Assembly (NCBI GenBank): GCA_000175855.1
Contig: ACYB01000021.1
Coordinates: forward strand, 30,001-62,000
Reading direction: 5' to 3'
DNA from: Raphidiopsis brookii D9
Lineage (GTDB): Bacteria; Cyanobacteriota; Cyanobacteriia; Cyanobacteriales; Nostocaceae
DNA length: 32,000 bases
Part shown: one piece after another, positions 9,506-18,627 of the stretch
How positions within the stretch are numbered: the stretch's first letter is position 1
Layout of the letters: every line of letters starts with the position of its first letter
The notes under the pieces: generated by a model
Database searches by the model: none
What the model was told of the DNA's origin: nothing
What the model saw: only the letters and a program-made list of their open reading frames with translations
Translations under genes and position numbers: made by a program

Positions 9506-12178
9506 ATGCAGCCTACAGATCCAAATAAATTTACTGATACAGCATGGGATGCTGTAATTAAATCTCAAGATATAGTCCGTGCTTATCAACAACAACAATT
9601 AGAAGTAGAACACCTAATTTTAGCCATTTTAGAAACTTCTAGTGCGGTCACTTCGGGTATTATGACTCGCGCTGAAATTGATCCGATTAGATTACAAGAA
9701 CAATTAGAAGCCTACACTAAACGCCAACCCAAAGTGGGAAAGACGGATCAACTCTATCTGGGCCGCAGTTTAGATTTACTCCTGGACCGAGCAGAGGAAA
9801 TTCGCGGGAGAATTAAGGATGGGGAAATCTCTGAAGGTCACATTTTATTAGCTCTTGCAGAAGATGAACGGGTCGGTAGACGGATCTTTAAAGGTTTAAA
9901 TATTGATATTTCTAAGTTGGAAGCTGCTGTCAAAACTGTCCGTGTGACTCAAAAGGTTTCTGGAAAAGACAATGAGTCCGGGGATACTTCTGAACCAGCT
10001 CTAAAACGTTTTGGGCGAGATCTAACTGAACAAGCAAAAGCTGGAAAGTTAGATCCTGTTATTGGTCGTGATGATGAAATTAGACGGGTAATTCAAGTTT
10101 TATCTAGACGTAGTAAAAATAACCCGGTTCTTATTGGTGAACCCGGTGTGGGTAAAACTGCGATCGCTGAAGCTCTGGCCCAAAGAATGATTAATGGGGA
10201 TGTTCCCGAATCTCTCAAAAATCGTCAGTTGATTACCCTGGATATTGGCAGTTTAATTGCTGGTGCTAAATATAGGGGTGAATTTGAAGATAGATTGAAA
10301 AATGTCCTCCGAGAGGTTACTGAATCTAATGGTCAGGTAGTTTTGTTTATTGATGAGTTACATACAGTAGTGGGAGCTGGTTCCAATCAACAGGGAGCTA
10401 TGGATGCTAGCAATCTCCTCAAACCTATGTTAGCTCGTGGTGAACTTAGATGTATTGGCGCAACTACTTTAGATGAATATCGCAAATATATAGAAAAAGA
10501 TGCTGCTTTGGAACGACGTTTTCAACAGGTTTTTGTGGATCAACCCACGGTAGAAAACACTATTTCTATTTTGCGCGGTCTTAAAGAACGCTATGAAGTC
10601 CATCACAATGTGAAAATTGCCGATTCCGCTTTGGTTGCTGCAGCTACTTTATCAGCTCGTTATATTGCAGATCGGTTTTTACCTGATAAGGCCATTGATT
10701 TAGTTGATGAAGCAGCAGCCAAGTTAAAAATGGAAATCACCTCCAAACCCTCAGAGCTGGAAACCATTGACAGACGTTTAATGCAGCTGGAAATGGAAAA
10801 ATTGTCCTTGTCGGGAGAAGAAAAAGCTACTGCTCCCACCAGGGAACGATTGGACAGAATTGAACAGGAAATCTCTAATTTAACTACTAAGCAACAAAAA
10901 TTGAATGAACAATGGCAAGGAGAAAAGCAATTATTAGAAGCTATTAGTAGTTTAAAGAAAGAAGAGGATGCTCTCAGGGTACAAATTGAGCAAGCGGAAA
11001 GAGATTATGATTTAAATAAAGCTGCTCAATTAAAATACGGCAAACTGGAAGGGGTCCAAAGGGAACGAGAAATTAAAGAAACCCAGTTATTAGAAATTCA
11101 ACACCAGGGTTCTACTCTGTTAAGAGAACAGGTCACAGAAGCGGATATTGCAGAAATAGTCGCTAAATGGACCGGTATACCCGTTAATCGTCTGTTGGAA
11201 TCGGAACGTCAGAAATTACTCAAACTGGAACATCATCTCCATGAAAGGGTAATTGGTCAAGAAGAAGCTGTACTCGCAGTATCAGCTGCTATTCGTCGTG
11301 CCCGCGCAGGTATGAAAGACCCATCCCGTCCCATAGGTTCCTTTTTGTTTATGGGCCCCACTGGAGTGGGAAAAACCGAACTCGCTCGGGCCCTGGCTCA
11401 ATTTCTGTTTGATTCCGAGGATGCTTTAGTTAGGTTGGATATGTCCGAATATATGGAGAAGCACTCTGTCTCCCGTTTGGTGGGCGCTCCCCCAGGATAC
11501 GTTGGTTATGAAGAGGGTGGTCAGCTCTCAGAAACTATTCGTCGTCACCCCTATTCTGTAGTTTTGTTGGATGAGGTGGAAAAAGCCCATGGCGATGTAT
11601 TTAATATCTTACTCCAAGTCTTAGACGACGGAAGAATTACCGACAGTCAAGGTAGGGTGGTTGATTTCCGTAACACTGTTATCGTAATGACTAGTAATAT
11701 TGGTAGTGAATATATCATTGATATTTCCGGGGATGGAGATAAGCACGAATTGATGCGGAACAGGGTAATGGATAGTTTGCGATCGCATTTTCGTCCTGAA
11801 TTTATTAATCGGATTGATGATTTAATTTTGTTCCACACCTTAAATCGCTCTGAGATGCGTCAGATTATTCGCATTCAATTGCAAAGGGTAGAGAAACTAC
11901 TAAAAGAACAGAAGATATATTTAGATATATCCCCAGAGGCGTGTGATTATTTAGTAGAAATTGGGTATGATCCGGTATATGGCGCTCGTCCATTGAAGAG
12001 GTCAATTCAGCGGGAGATAGAAAATCCCCTAGCGACCAAGATATTAGAAAACAGCTTTGTTGCTGGGGACATAATTTTTATAGACAAGGGGGAAAATGGA
12101 CTGACATTTTTTAAAAAGCAGGAAAATTTATCTGTTTCTCGTCCCATTAATTCCCCTGTGTTGGTTACAGGATCTTGA
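9506..12178 (+). CDS. clpB: ATP-dependent chaperone ClpB
   Basis: Two AAA+ modules (Walker A GEPGVGKT and GPTGVGKT), a long coiled-coil middle domain and the conserved N-terminus [11 protein letters not shown] prefer the ATG at 9506 over the TTG at 9491 used by the ORF track. Confidence 0.95.
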   Translation: MQPTDPNKFTDTAWDAVIKSQDIVRAYQQQQLEVEHLILAILETSSAVTSGIMTRAEIDPIRLQEQLEAYTKRQPKVGKTDQLYLGRSLDLLLDRAEEIRGRIKDGEISEGHILLALAEDERVGRRIFKGLNIDISKLEAAVKTVRVTQKVSGKDNESGDTSEPALKRFGRDLTEQAKAGKLDPVIGRDDEIRRVIQVLSRRSKNNPVLIGEPGVGKTAIAEALAQRMINGDVPESLKNRQLITLDIGSLIAGAKYRGEFEDRLKNVLREVTESNGQVVLFIDELHTVVGAGSNQQGAMDASNLLKPMLARGELRCIGATTLDEYRKYIEKDAALERRFQQVFVDQPTVENTISILRGLKERYEVHHNVKIADSALVAAATLSARYIADRFLPDKAIDLVDEAAAKLKMEITSKPSELETIDRRLMQLEMEKLSLSGEEKATAPTRERLDRIEQEISNLTTKQQKLNEQWQGEKQLLEAISSLKKEEDALRVQIEQAERDYDLNKAAQLKYGKLEGVQREREIKETQLLEIQHQGSTLLREQVTEADIAEIVAKWTGIPVNRLLESERQKLLKLEHHLHERVIGQEEAVLAVSAAIRRARAGMKDPSRPIGSFLFMGPTGVGKTELARALAQFLFDSEDALVRLDMSEYMEKHSVSRLVGAPPGYVGYEEGGQLSETIRRHPYSVVLLDEVEKAHGDVFNILLQVLDDGRITDSQGRVVDFRNTVIVMTSNIGSEYIIDISGDGDKHELMRNRVMDSLRSHFRPEFINRIDDLILFHTLNRSEMRQIIRIQLQRVEKLLKEQKIYLDISPEACDYLVEIGYDPVYGARPLKRSIQREIENPLATKILENSFVAGDIIFIDKGENGLTFFKKQENLSVSRPINSPVLVTGS

Positions 12179-12179
12179 C

Positions 12180-13886
12180 TCAATAAAAACTTGCGGACTT
12201 GCGATGGTGGACAGCAGTAATTCCATCCTGATTTAAGACCTTACCATTGTCCACAGTTGCATAAACTAACCAGTGATCTCCTACTTCCATCCGGCTTTGC
12301 ACGGTACATTCCAAGTACGCCAAAGCACCATTTAAAATTACACCCCCATTCCCCTCAGTGATGTCCAAACCCTTGAATCTGTCCTGTCCGGGTTCGTAAA
12401 CCTTCATAAAATGTTTACGTATTTCCCGTCCTTCAGCTAGAATGTTGACAATAAATGGATTATTTGTATGAGTTAGGTTTTCCATAGCGCGGTCTTTAGC
12501 CACTGCAATAGTCAGTCCAGGAGGATTAAAGCTGGCTTGTGTTACCCAGGATGCTAACATCCCAGTTTTGATTTCTCCTTGAGTTGCTGTAACCACACAT
12601 AAGGAACCTATGATGCGACCTACAGCTTGTTCTACATTAGTTGCAGGTTGTCTTGCTACTAATGATTTTTTCGTAAACCGTTTTAACGCTTGAGCAAAAT
12701 CCGTACCTGCTTCCTCACAGTTTTGTAAAGTGGACTCATTAGGTTTGAACTTGACACGAATAGGTTCAAAACCAAATCTAAAACCAGCATCTTTCAGTTT
12801 ACCTTCTAGTAAATCCACTGCTTCTCCACTCCAACCAAAGGAACCAAACACACCTGCTAACTTATTATTGGTTGCAGTAGATAAAACAATACCCAAGGCA
12901 GTTTGTACTGGTGTAGGTGCATGTCCACCTAGGGTGGGGGAACCAATAACAAAACCTGCACATTTTTCGATCGCACTTTTAATTTCTTCTGGCTCTGCAA
13001 ACTCGCAGTTAATAGACTCTACACTCACACCTGCTTTGGTAATACCACGAGCGATCGCCTGAGATATAGTAGCAGTATTACCATAAGCGGAGGCATAAAT
13101 CAATGCGACGCTAAGTTCCGAACTAGTTTGTTGTTTAATCCATTCTCGATAGGAGTGGGTTAGTTCTTGTAATGCATATCTAACTAACGGTCCATGACCG
13201 GTAGCATACAGTCGAATTGGTAAATCTGCCAGTTTATCCAAAGCAGTTTCCACTTGTCTTGGGTGGGGTGCCATGAGACAGTCGAAATAATAGCGACGAT
13301 CTTCGGTAAAAACTTCCCAACCCTCATCAAAAACCTGATCACCACAAAAGTGAGATCCAAACAACTTATCAGAAAAGAGAATTTCTGTTTGGGGGTCATA
13401 GGTACACAATTGGTCTGGGTAACGAGGGTTGGGAGTGGGAATAAATTGGAGGTGATGACCCTTTCCTAAATCTAGGGTTTCATCACCCCGCATGATCAAA
13501 ATGGGTAAATCGTCATTTTCCAATGCTGATTTGAGGTTTTTTGCTCCCGGGTTAGAGCAAACAAAAGTGATGTGGGGAGCAATTTCTCTTAATGCTTTTA
13601 GAGTTGCAGCTCGGTTAGGATTGACGTGACCTAGAATTATATAGTCAATGGATTTTAGGTTAATTCTATCTTGTAATGCGTCTAAATAAATCTTTGTAAA
13701 AGTTTCCCCAGGGGGGTCAATTATGGCAATTTTATCACTTTGAATGATAAAGGAATTAGCTGTTGTCCCCTTGGCTAAACCATATTCAATTTCAAACCGC
13801 AATCTTGTCCAACTACGAGAGCGTAATATGATGGTATTTGTACCAATAGGTATTATCTGTACATCACGGGGTTTAGTAATTGACAT
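12180..13886 (-). CDS. flv1: Flavodiiron protein, Flv1-type (non-canonical diiron-site residues), with a C-terminal flavin-reductase-like domain
   Basis: The architecture is MBL-like, then flavodoxin-like, then flavin-reductase-like. The canonical H-x-E-x-D-H ligand motif reads GHVNPNR here. The N-terminus RDVQIIPIG...RLRFEIEYGLAKGTTANSF resembles Flv1. GGAGA lies upstream of the ATG. Confidence 0.85.
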   Translation of the reverse strand: MSITKPRDVQIIPIGTNTIILRSRSWTRLRFEIEYGLAKGTTANSFIIQSDKIAIIDPPGETFTKIYLDALQDRINLKSIDYIILGHVNPNRAATLKALREIAPHITFVCSNPGAKNLKSALENDDLPILIMRGDETLDLGKGHHLQFIPTPNPRYPDQLCTYDPQTEILFSDKLFGSHFCGDQVFDEGWEVFTEDRRYYFDCLMAPHPRQVETALDKLADLPIRLYATGHGPLVRYALQELTHSYREWIKQQTSSELSVALIYASAYGNTATISQAIARGITKAGVSVESINCEFAEPEEIKSAIEKCAGFVIGSPTLGGHAPTPVQTALGIVLSTATNNKLAGVFGSFGWSGEAVDLLEGKLKDAGFRFGFEPIRVKFKPNESTLQNCEEAGTDFAQALKRFTKKSLVARQPATNVEQAVGRIIGSLCVVTATQGEIKTGMLASWVTQASFNPPGLTIAVAKDRAMENLTHTNNPFIVNILAEGREIRKHFMKVYEPGQDRFKGLDITEGNGGVILNGALAYLECTVQSRMEVGDHWLVYATVDNGKVLNQDGITAVHHRKSASFY

Positions 13887-13966
13887 AGTATCTCCAATAT
13901 TTCAACTGTGATTTAAAGTGTATGGGGTGCGCCCCATTGACGCCCCCAAAATTAGCGAATTAGGGA

Positions 13967-15709
13967 TTAGTAGTGATTACCGACTTTACGATGGTGAACT
14001 GCTGTGAGTGAGTTTGGTTTAGACACCCTTCCCGCATAAACTGTGCTGTATACCGCCCAGTGATCACCACAGTCCATCCGACTTACTACTTCACATTCCA
14101 TATAAGCTAAAGCATCACTTAAAATCGGAGCACCATTTTCAGCTGGTTGGGTTTTTACACCTTCAAACCGATCCGCACCTGGAGCAAATCGCTTTAAAAA
14201 GTGTTTCATCAATGCTTGATAGTTACCTTCTTCTAAAACATTGAGGACAAATCGATCTCCCACCTGCATCAGAGATTCTATGGCCCTGTCCTTAGCTACT
14301 GCAATGGAAAAGCCCAGTGGTTTAAAACTGGCCTGACTTACCCAGGAGGCCAACATAGCACTGGAAATATCGCCTTTTTTGGCGGTGATGATATATAAAC
14401 CACCACTAATCCTCCCTAGGGCTTTATCTAAATCAGCACCTAAGGATTTCATCGCTTTGATGCTTTTTTCTTTGGTAACTAATTGTCCCAGGTCAGTCCC
14501 AGCTTCCTCGCATTTTTTGTATGTGTTTTCTGTCGGTGTTTCTCGTATCTCAATCACAGGAAATGCAACTGTTAAAGCAGCAGCTCGGAATTTATTTAAC
14601 AGTGGGTAGGTGGGTTCATCATCTCCACCTCCAGTTTCAAAAATGCCAATGGCTTGTTTTTCAGTAGCTGACCCCAAAACCGTCCCCACCGCAGCTTGCA
14701 TAGTGGAACTTCCAGAAACAGGGGACATTCCCATTACTAATCCCTTACACCTTCCTACCAGCTCTCGTAACTCCTGTAACTCTACTACTCCACCTAGATC
14801 AACCATCTCTACCCCCACACCAGTTTTCATCACCCCATTGGCAATGGATTGGGCCAGGCGATCACTATGACCGTATTCAGAGACATAAAATATACCTACA
14901 ACTGTTTCAGTTTTTGCCTGGCTTTGACTCCAAGTGCGATAACGTCCTGTTAATTCCTCTACGTTGTGGTACAACAGGGGTCCATGACCGGTAGCAATCA
15001 TTTTGATATGTTTCAATTCTGCCATCCGCTTTATAGCAGATAATACAGAACGGGAGTTGGGTCCCATGAGACAGTCATAGTAGTATTTAAAGTCTTCTTC
15101 AATGGTGGCTAAATTGTCATCAAATGTGCTATCTGAGCAGTAGTGCATGCCAAAAGCATCACAAGTATATAAGGTTTCTGTATGATGATCGAAACTAAAA
15201 ATAGTGTCTGGCCAGTGTAAATTGGGAGCTATGACAAATTCCAATTCATGACCATTACCCAAGGACAGGCGATCGCCATTTTTCACTATGCGACGTTTAA
15301 ATGGTTGATGTACCAAATCCTCTAAAAATTGAATTGCTACCTTAGATCCAACCACGGTGATATCAGGAGCTTTTTGCAACAGATCCTTAACTAATCCGCT
15401 GTGATCTGGTTCTGTGTGGCTAATGATGAGATAGTTTATATCTTGAAGATTAGTTAAGCTAGTGAGTGCGTCAAAATATAGCTGACGGAACTTTTCATGG
15501 GAGGTGTCAACTAGAGCTATCTGCTCACCGCGAATCAGAAATGAGTTATAGGTTGTACCATTTTGTAAGCCAAACTCAATATCAAAACGGTCCCGATCCC
15601 AGTCTAAGGAGCGGATAGCTGTGGTGTTTTGAGCAATTTCTACAGTCTGTATGGTCAGACGTTTGACAGGAGCTTGTTTTTCCCGTCCAGCATCGGTGAG
15701 CAATACCAT
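13967..15709 (-). CDS. flv3: Flavodiiron protein, Flv3-type (canonical diiron ligands), with a C-terminal flavin-reductase-like domain
   Basis: The canonical motif SHTEPDHSG (H-x-E-x-D-H) is present. IRSLDWDRDRFDIEFGLQNGTTYNSFLI resembles Flv3. There is a strong GGAGG upstream of the ATG. It lies 80 bp upstream of the Flv1-type gene on the same strand. Confidence 0.87.
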   Translation of the reverse strand: MVLLTDAGREKQAPVKRLTIQTVEIAQNTTAIRSLDWDRDRFDIEFGLQNGTTYNSFLIRGEQIALVDTSHEKFRQLYFDALTSLTNLQDINYLIISHTEPDHSGLVKDLLQKAPDITVVGSKVAIQFLEDLVHQPFKRRIVKNGDRLSLGNGHELEFVIAPNLHWPDTIFSFDHHTETLYTCDAFGMHYCSDSTFDDNLATIEEDFKYYYDCLMGPNSRSVLSAIKRMAELKHIKMIATGHGPLLYHNVEELTGRYRTWSQSQAKTETVVGIFYVSEYGHSDRLAQSIANGVMKTGVGVEMVDLGGVVELQELRELVGRCKGLVMGMSPVSGSSTMQAAVGTVLGSATEKQAIGIFETGGGDDEPTYPLLNKFRAAALTVAFPVIEIRETPTENTYKKCEEAGTDLGQLVTKEKSIKAMKSLGADLDKALGRISGGLYIITAKKGDISSAMLASWVSQASFKPLGFSIAVAKDRAIESLMQVGDRFVLNVLEEGNYQALMKHFLKRFAPGADRFEGVKTQPAENGAPILSDALAYMECEVVSRMDCGDHWAVYSTVYAGRVSKPNSLTAVHHRKVGNHY

Positions 15710-15861
15710 AACTCCCCTCCTTAATTTATTTTGAGCATTAATTCCTCTACTCTTGATTGTGACACGGTTTCAATGTTACTGTTCATTAAAAAACCTATGG
15801 CTGAGTTAAGAAACTTAAAACTGTGAAACCCAATAGCAGATCGGAAGTTAGGGATGATTTT

Positions 15862-16647
15862 GTGTTAGGATTGGTAGTTGGCAACTCCCGTTTACACTGG
15901 GGTTTGTTTTTAGGTAAGAAATTATACTTTACCTGGGATAGTAGACATTTACCGGAAGATGTGATTTTGCAGATCCCCCAATGTCAAACCCTGGATGAAC
16001 TAATCACCCTGACCACCCGATTTTCTTTTCCCTCCTACTCCCCACCTATTTATTTCCCTCCTCCCATTTTTTTAGCCTCCGTGGTTCCCCGAGAAACGGA
16101 AAAATGGCTATCCTACTCTAACATACAAGTGATCACCTTAAGTCAAGTCCCCCTAAAAGAAACATATCCTACCCTGGGTATTGATCGCGCTTTAGCTTTG
16201 TTGGGTACGGGTAAAAAGTACGGATTCCCAGCCTTAGTAATTGATGCAGGCACAGCTTTAACTTTTACAGGTGTAAATGAAAATGAGTGTTTAGTTGGTG
16301 GAGCAATTTTACCCGGTCTGGGTTTACAACTAGTCAGTTTGGGAGAAAATACTGGGCAATTGCCATTATTAACAACGGGAGAAATTCTCAATTTACCACC
16401 ACGGTTTGCGCTAGAGACGAAAACAGCCATTCTCAGTGGAGTTATTTACACATTATTGGCGGGAGTCCAGGATTTTATTGATCATTGGTTGTCTTTATTC
16501 CCCCACAGTTACATTGTAGTCACTGGAGGGGATGGAACATTGTTAATGGACCTTTTAGCTCAACTATCTTCCTCCCTAGGAAAAAGGTTAATTACAGACC
16601 AAAATCTGATCTTTTGGGGGATTGAAGAAGTCCTGAGAAACCTCTAA
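15862..16647 (+). CDS. coaX: Type III pantothenate kinase
   Basis: LVVGNSRLHWG and VIDAGTALTF are ASKHA-fold phosphate motifs typical of CoaX. The longest ORF starts at the GTG at 15823. I prefer the GTG at 15862, which has AGGGA 7 nt upstream and a typical short N-terminus, but the start is uncertain. Confidence 0.8.
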   Translation: MLGLVVGNSRLHWGLFLGKKLYFTWDSRHLPEDVILQIPQCQTLDELITLTTRFSFPSYSPPIYFPPPIFLASVVPRETEKWLSYSNIQVITLSQVPLKETYPTLGIDRALALLGTGKKYGFPALVIDAGTALTFTGVNENECLVGGAILPGLGLQLVSLGENTGQLPLLTTGEILNLPPRFALETKTAILSGVIYTLLAGVQDFIDHWLSLFPHSYIVVTGGDGTLLMDLLAQLSSSLGKRLITDQNLIFWGIEEVLRNL

Positions 16648-16660
16648 AATCTGTTTAAAA

Positions 16661-17503
16661 CTAAACTTTGAAAAAGTCTAGGATATATTGGGCCACTACA
16701 GCTGTACACGTTTGGGGTAAATTGTTTTTTCCATGGGTGATGATTTTCAGCTGGGATTGGGAAATCATGGATGAAAAGGCCTTACTCCTCTCCAGATTTT
16801 CCCTCCTATCCTGACCACCTTGCAAAATCAAGCAAGGTAGTTCTAGGTTGACCAAATTATAGTCTAATAATTCCTTGTCAATCTCCCTAAATTGCCGATT
16901 GAATAATAATTGGCAACCTGTAGGATGGTCCGAGAATTTGCGGTGTAATTCCAAGTATTTATTTATTTTGTTTTGCCAACCTAATGCTCTAATTATTAGA
17001 TTTGATCTCTTATTTAACCAATCAAACACTGTAAATAATAAAGACGGTGTATTAGCTAAACGCCGCATACTTGAGCAAGTTAGTTCTAGTTTATCTGTCT
17101 TTATGCCCTCCGGTTCCAATAACAACAAACTAATAATATGATCAGGATATTGCAGAGCATAACTAGTGGCAATCCAAGCTCCCAAGGAATCACCTACTAA
17201 ATAGAATCGCTCCAATTTCAAAGCTTTTACAAACTCATTTAAACATTCTACTTGCAAGCTGACTGAATGATGTACGGTGGGATTTGCGGATGTGCCAAAA
17301 CCTAATAAATCTGGTGCAAAACAATGGAATTTATCAGCTATTAAACTCATTACCTGTGTCCACTGACTACTATCATTCCAAGGTCCGTGTAAGAGGATTA
17401 TGGGGATTCCTTCACCTATTTCATGCCAGAATAGAAGTCCTTGGGGAAGTTTGATGCGGGATTTGCGGAATAGGGTTGTATATGGCATAATCCATTGAAG
17501 CAA
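16661..17503 (-). CDS. Alpha/beta-fold hydrolase, substrate unknown
   Basis: The HG oxyanion motif (ILLHGPWN) and the nucleophile elbow GDSLGA are read from the translation. Confidence 0.8.
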   Translation of the reverse strand: MLQWIMPYTTLFRKSRIKLPQGLLFWHEIGEGIPIILLHGPWNDSSQWTQVMSLIADKFHCFAPDLLGFGTSANPTVHHSVSLQVECLNEFVKALKLERFYLVGDSLGAWIATSYALQYPDHIISLLLLEPEGIKTDKLELTCSSMRRLANTPSLLFTVFDWLNKRSNLIIRALGWQNKINKYLELHRKFSDHPTGCQLLFNRQFREIDKELLDYNLVNLELPCLILQGGQDRRENLERSKAFSSMISQSQLKIITHGKNNLPQTCTAVVAQYILDFFKV

Positions 17504-17562
17504 TACTAAGGTTGAACTCTAGGTAAAATCAAAAGGTTAATTAGAAATGTTATAGGCTTAAA

Positions 17563-18057
17563 TCAGACTAGTGTGGTTGAACCACTTAAGTAATCTTGTA
17601 ACTGCTGATAGTGATCATGGGACATGGGGGTTAGGGGAAGAGACGTGGGAGGAAAAGCTTGAACTTCTAGCACTTCTAGGTGATCTTGAAGGTTCATTTC
17701 TCCTTCTACCTCTGCTTCTACTACAACACAAATTGAGTGAATTCTGGGATCTCGCTCGGGAGAGGAATAAACTCCCACTAAGCGTCGAATTTTTACTAGT
17801 TCCAGTCCCGTTTCTTCCCTCAACTCTCGACGCACTACACTGGGAATATCTTCTCCCCAATCTACCATACCACCAGGTAAAGCCCAACATCCATCATCAC
17901 TACGACGAACCAAGACGATTTTACCATCGGGCAAGATGGCAATAATACTCGTCCCCGGAATAGGATGACGAAAAATGATACCTAGTATAGACTTGGCAAC
18001 GCGCCACAAGTTACTTGGGGAATAAATTAACGAATTTAAAAAGGTTACTACACTCAT
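17563..18057 (-). CDS. NUDIX hydrolase
   Basis: Complete Nudix box GGMVDWGEDIPSVVRRELREETGL (G-x5-E-x7-R-E-x2-E-E-x-G). Confidence 0.85.
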   Translation of the reverse strand: MSVVTFLNSLIYSPSNLWRVAKSILGIIFRHPIPGTSIIAILPDGKIVLVRRSDDGCWALPGGMVDWGEDIPSVVRRELREETGLELVKIRRLVGVYSSPERDPRIHSICVVVEAEVEGEMNLQDHLEVLEVQAFPPTSLPLTPMSHDHYQQLQDYLSGSTTLV

Positions 18058-18201
18058 TAGGACTTACCTATTGACAAAAGACATTGCCTTTTGGAGATTT
18101 TCTTGTGATCAACCGAAAATTCCTATCTTAAACTTCATTCAACTTAAATTTCAAACAGGATTAGTACATGAGTTGAAATTTAAAATTCACCTTCAGATCG
18201 T

Positions 18202-18231
18202 TTGACATACCCTATCCCAATAGGATATACT
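18202..18231 (+). promoter_or_regulatory. Sigma-70-type promoter candidate (TTGACA, 18 nt spacer, TATACT) for the small basic-protein gene
   Basis: Consensus -35 TTGACA at 18202-18207 and near-consensus -10 TATACT at 18226-18231, read directly. The 18-nt spacer is one longer than optimal. The predicted TSS is about 110 nt upstream of the ATG at 18351. Confidence 0.45.
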
Positions 18232-18350
18232 AGAGCACTGTTTAAAGATTAACTTTTTTTGCACTACTAGGCACCAAAGTGTATCAATTGCATGGGTAGC
18301 TGGATATGGCCTAAGTGTGGTTGTTTTTGTTGTTTATTCATGAGGTGAAT

Positions 18351-18521
18351 ATGGCCAAGCGCCGTAACCCCAAAAAAGAAAAGGCGCTACGGAACCAGGC
18401 TTATGCCAGAAAGTTTCGTAAACGGACTACTACAGGAAGAATGCAAAGAAGGTTCCAACAAAGACCATCTAAGGGTGAAGATGATGAAACAGTATCAGCA
18501 GCAATGGATGCAGCTGATTAA
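18351..18521 (+). CDS. Small (56 aa) highly basic protein with an acidic C-terminus, function unknown
   Basis: ATG at 18351 preceded by GAGGTG. The sequence is MAKRRNPKKEKALRNQAYARKFRKRTTTGRMQRRFQQRPSKGEDDETVSAAMDAAD. A candidate promoter lies upstream and a strong terminator downstream. The N-terminal extension in the ORF track (MWLFLLFIHEVN) looks spurious. Confidence 0.6.
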   Translation: MAKRRNPKKEKALRNQAYARKFRKRTTTGRMQRRFQQRPSKGEDDETVSAAMDAAD

Positions 18522-18572
18522 ATTATCTGTTTGATTTGACTCTCCTGTGCGTAAATTCGCTCCTGACCCCAT

Positions 18573-18627
18573 AAAGCGAATGGCATTGGAATATTACCAA
18601 TCCATTCGCTTTGTTATTTTTGTTTTT
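18573..18627 (+). terminator. Rho-independent terminator after the small basic-protein gene
   Basis: AAAGCGAATGG (18573-18583) pairs with CCATTCGCTTT (18602-18612), and the stem extends inward through ATTGG/CCAAT. It is followed by gttatttttgttttt. The T-tract abuts the argH stop codon. Confidence 0.7.

Noticed and set aside
12730-14870. Plus-strand ORFs of 71-110 aa (12730-13062, 13254-13469, 14379-14609, 14610-14870) antisense to the flv genes
   Set aside because: These are shadow ORFs inside well-supported flavodiiron genes. Their composition is low-complexity and Pro/Ser-rich, and they carry no motifs.
15710-15822. Heterocyst-type DIF motif (TCCGGA) upstream of the flv3-flv1 pair
   Set aside because: The motif is not present in the 113-bp upstream region, so I did not call heterocyst-specific regulation.
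17571-17945. 124-aa plus-strand ORF and a 91-aa alternative-frame ORF overlapping the NUDIX gene
   Set aside because: The minus-strand frame contains a complete Nudix box. The overlapping ORFs have repetitive, low-complexity translations.
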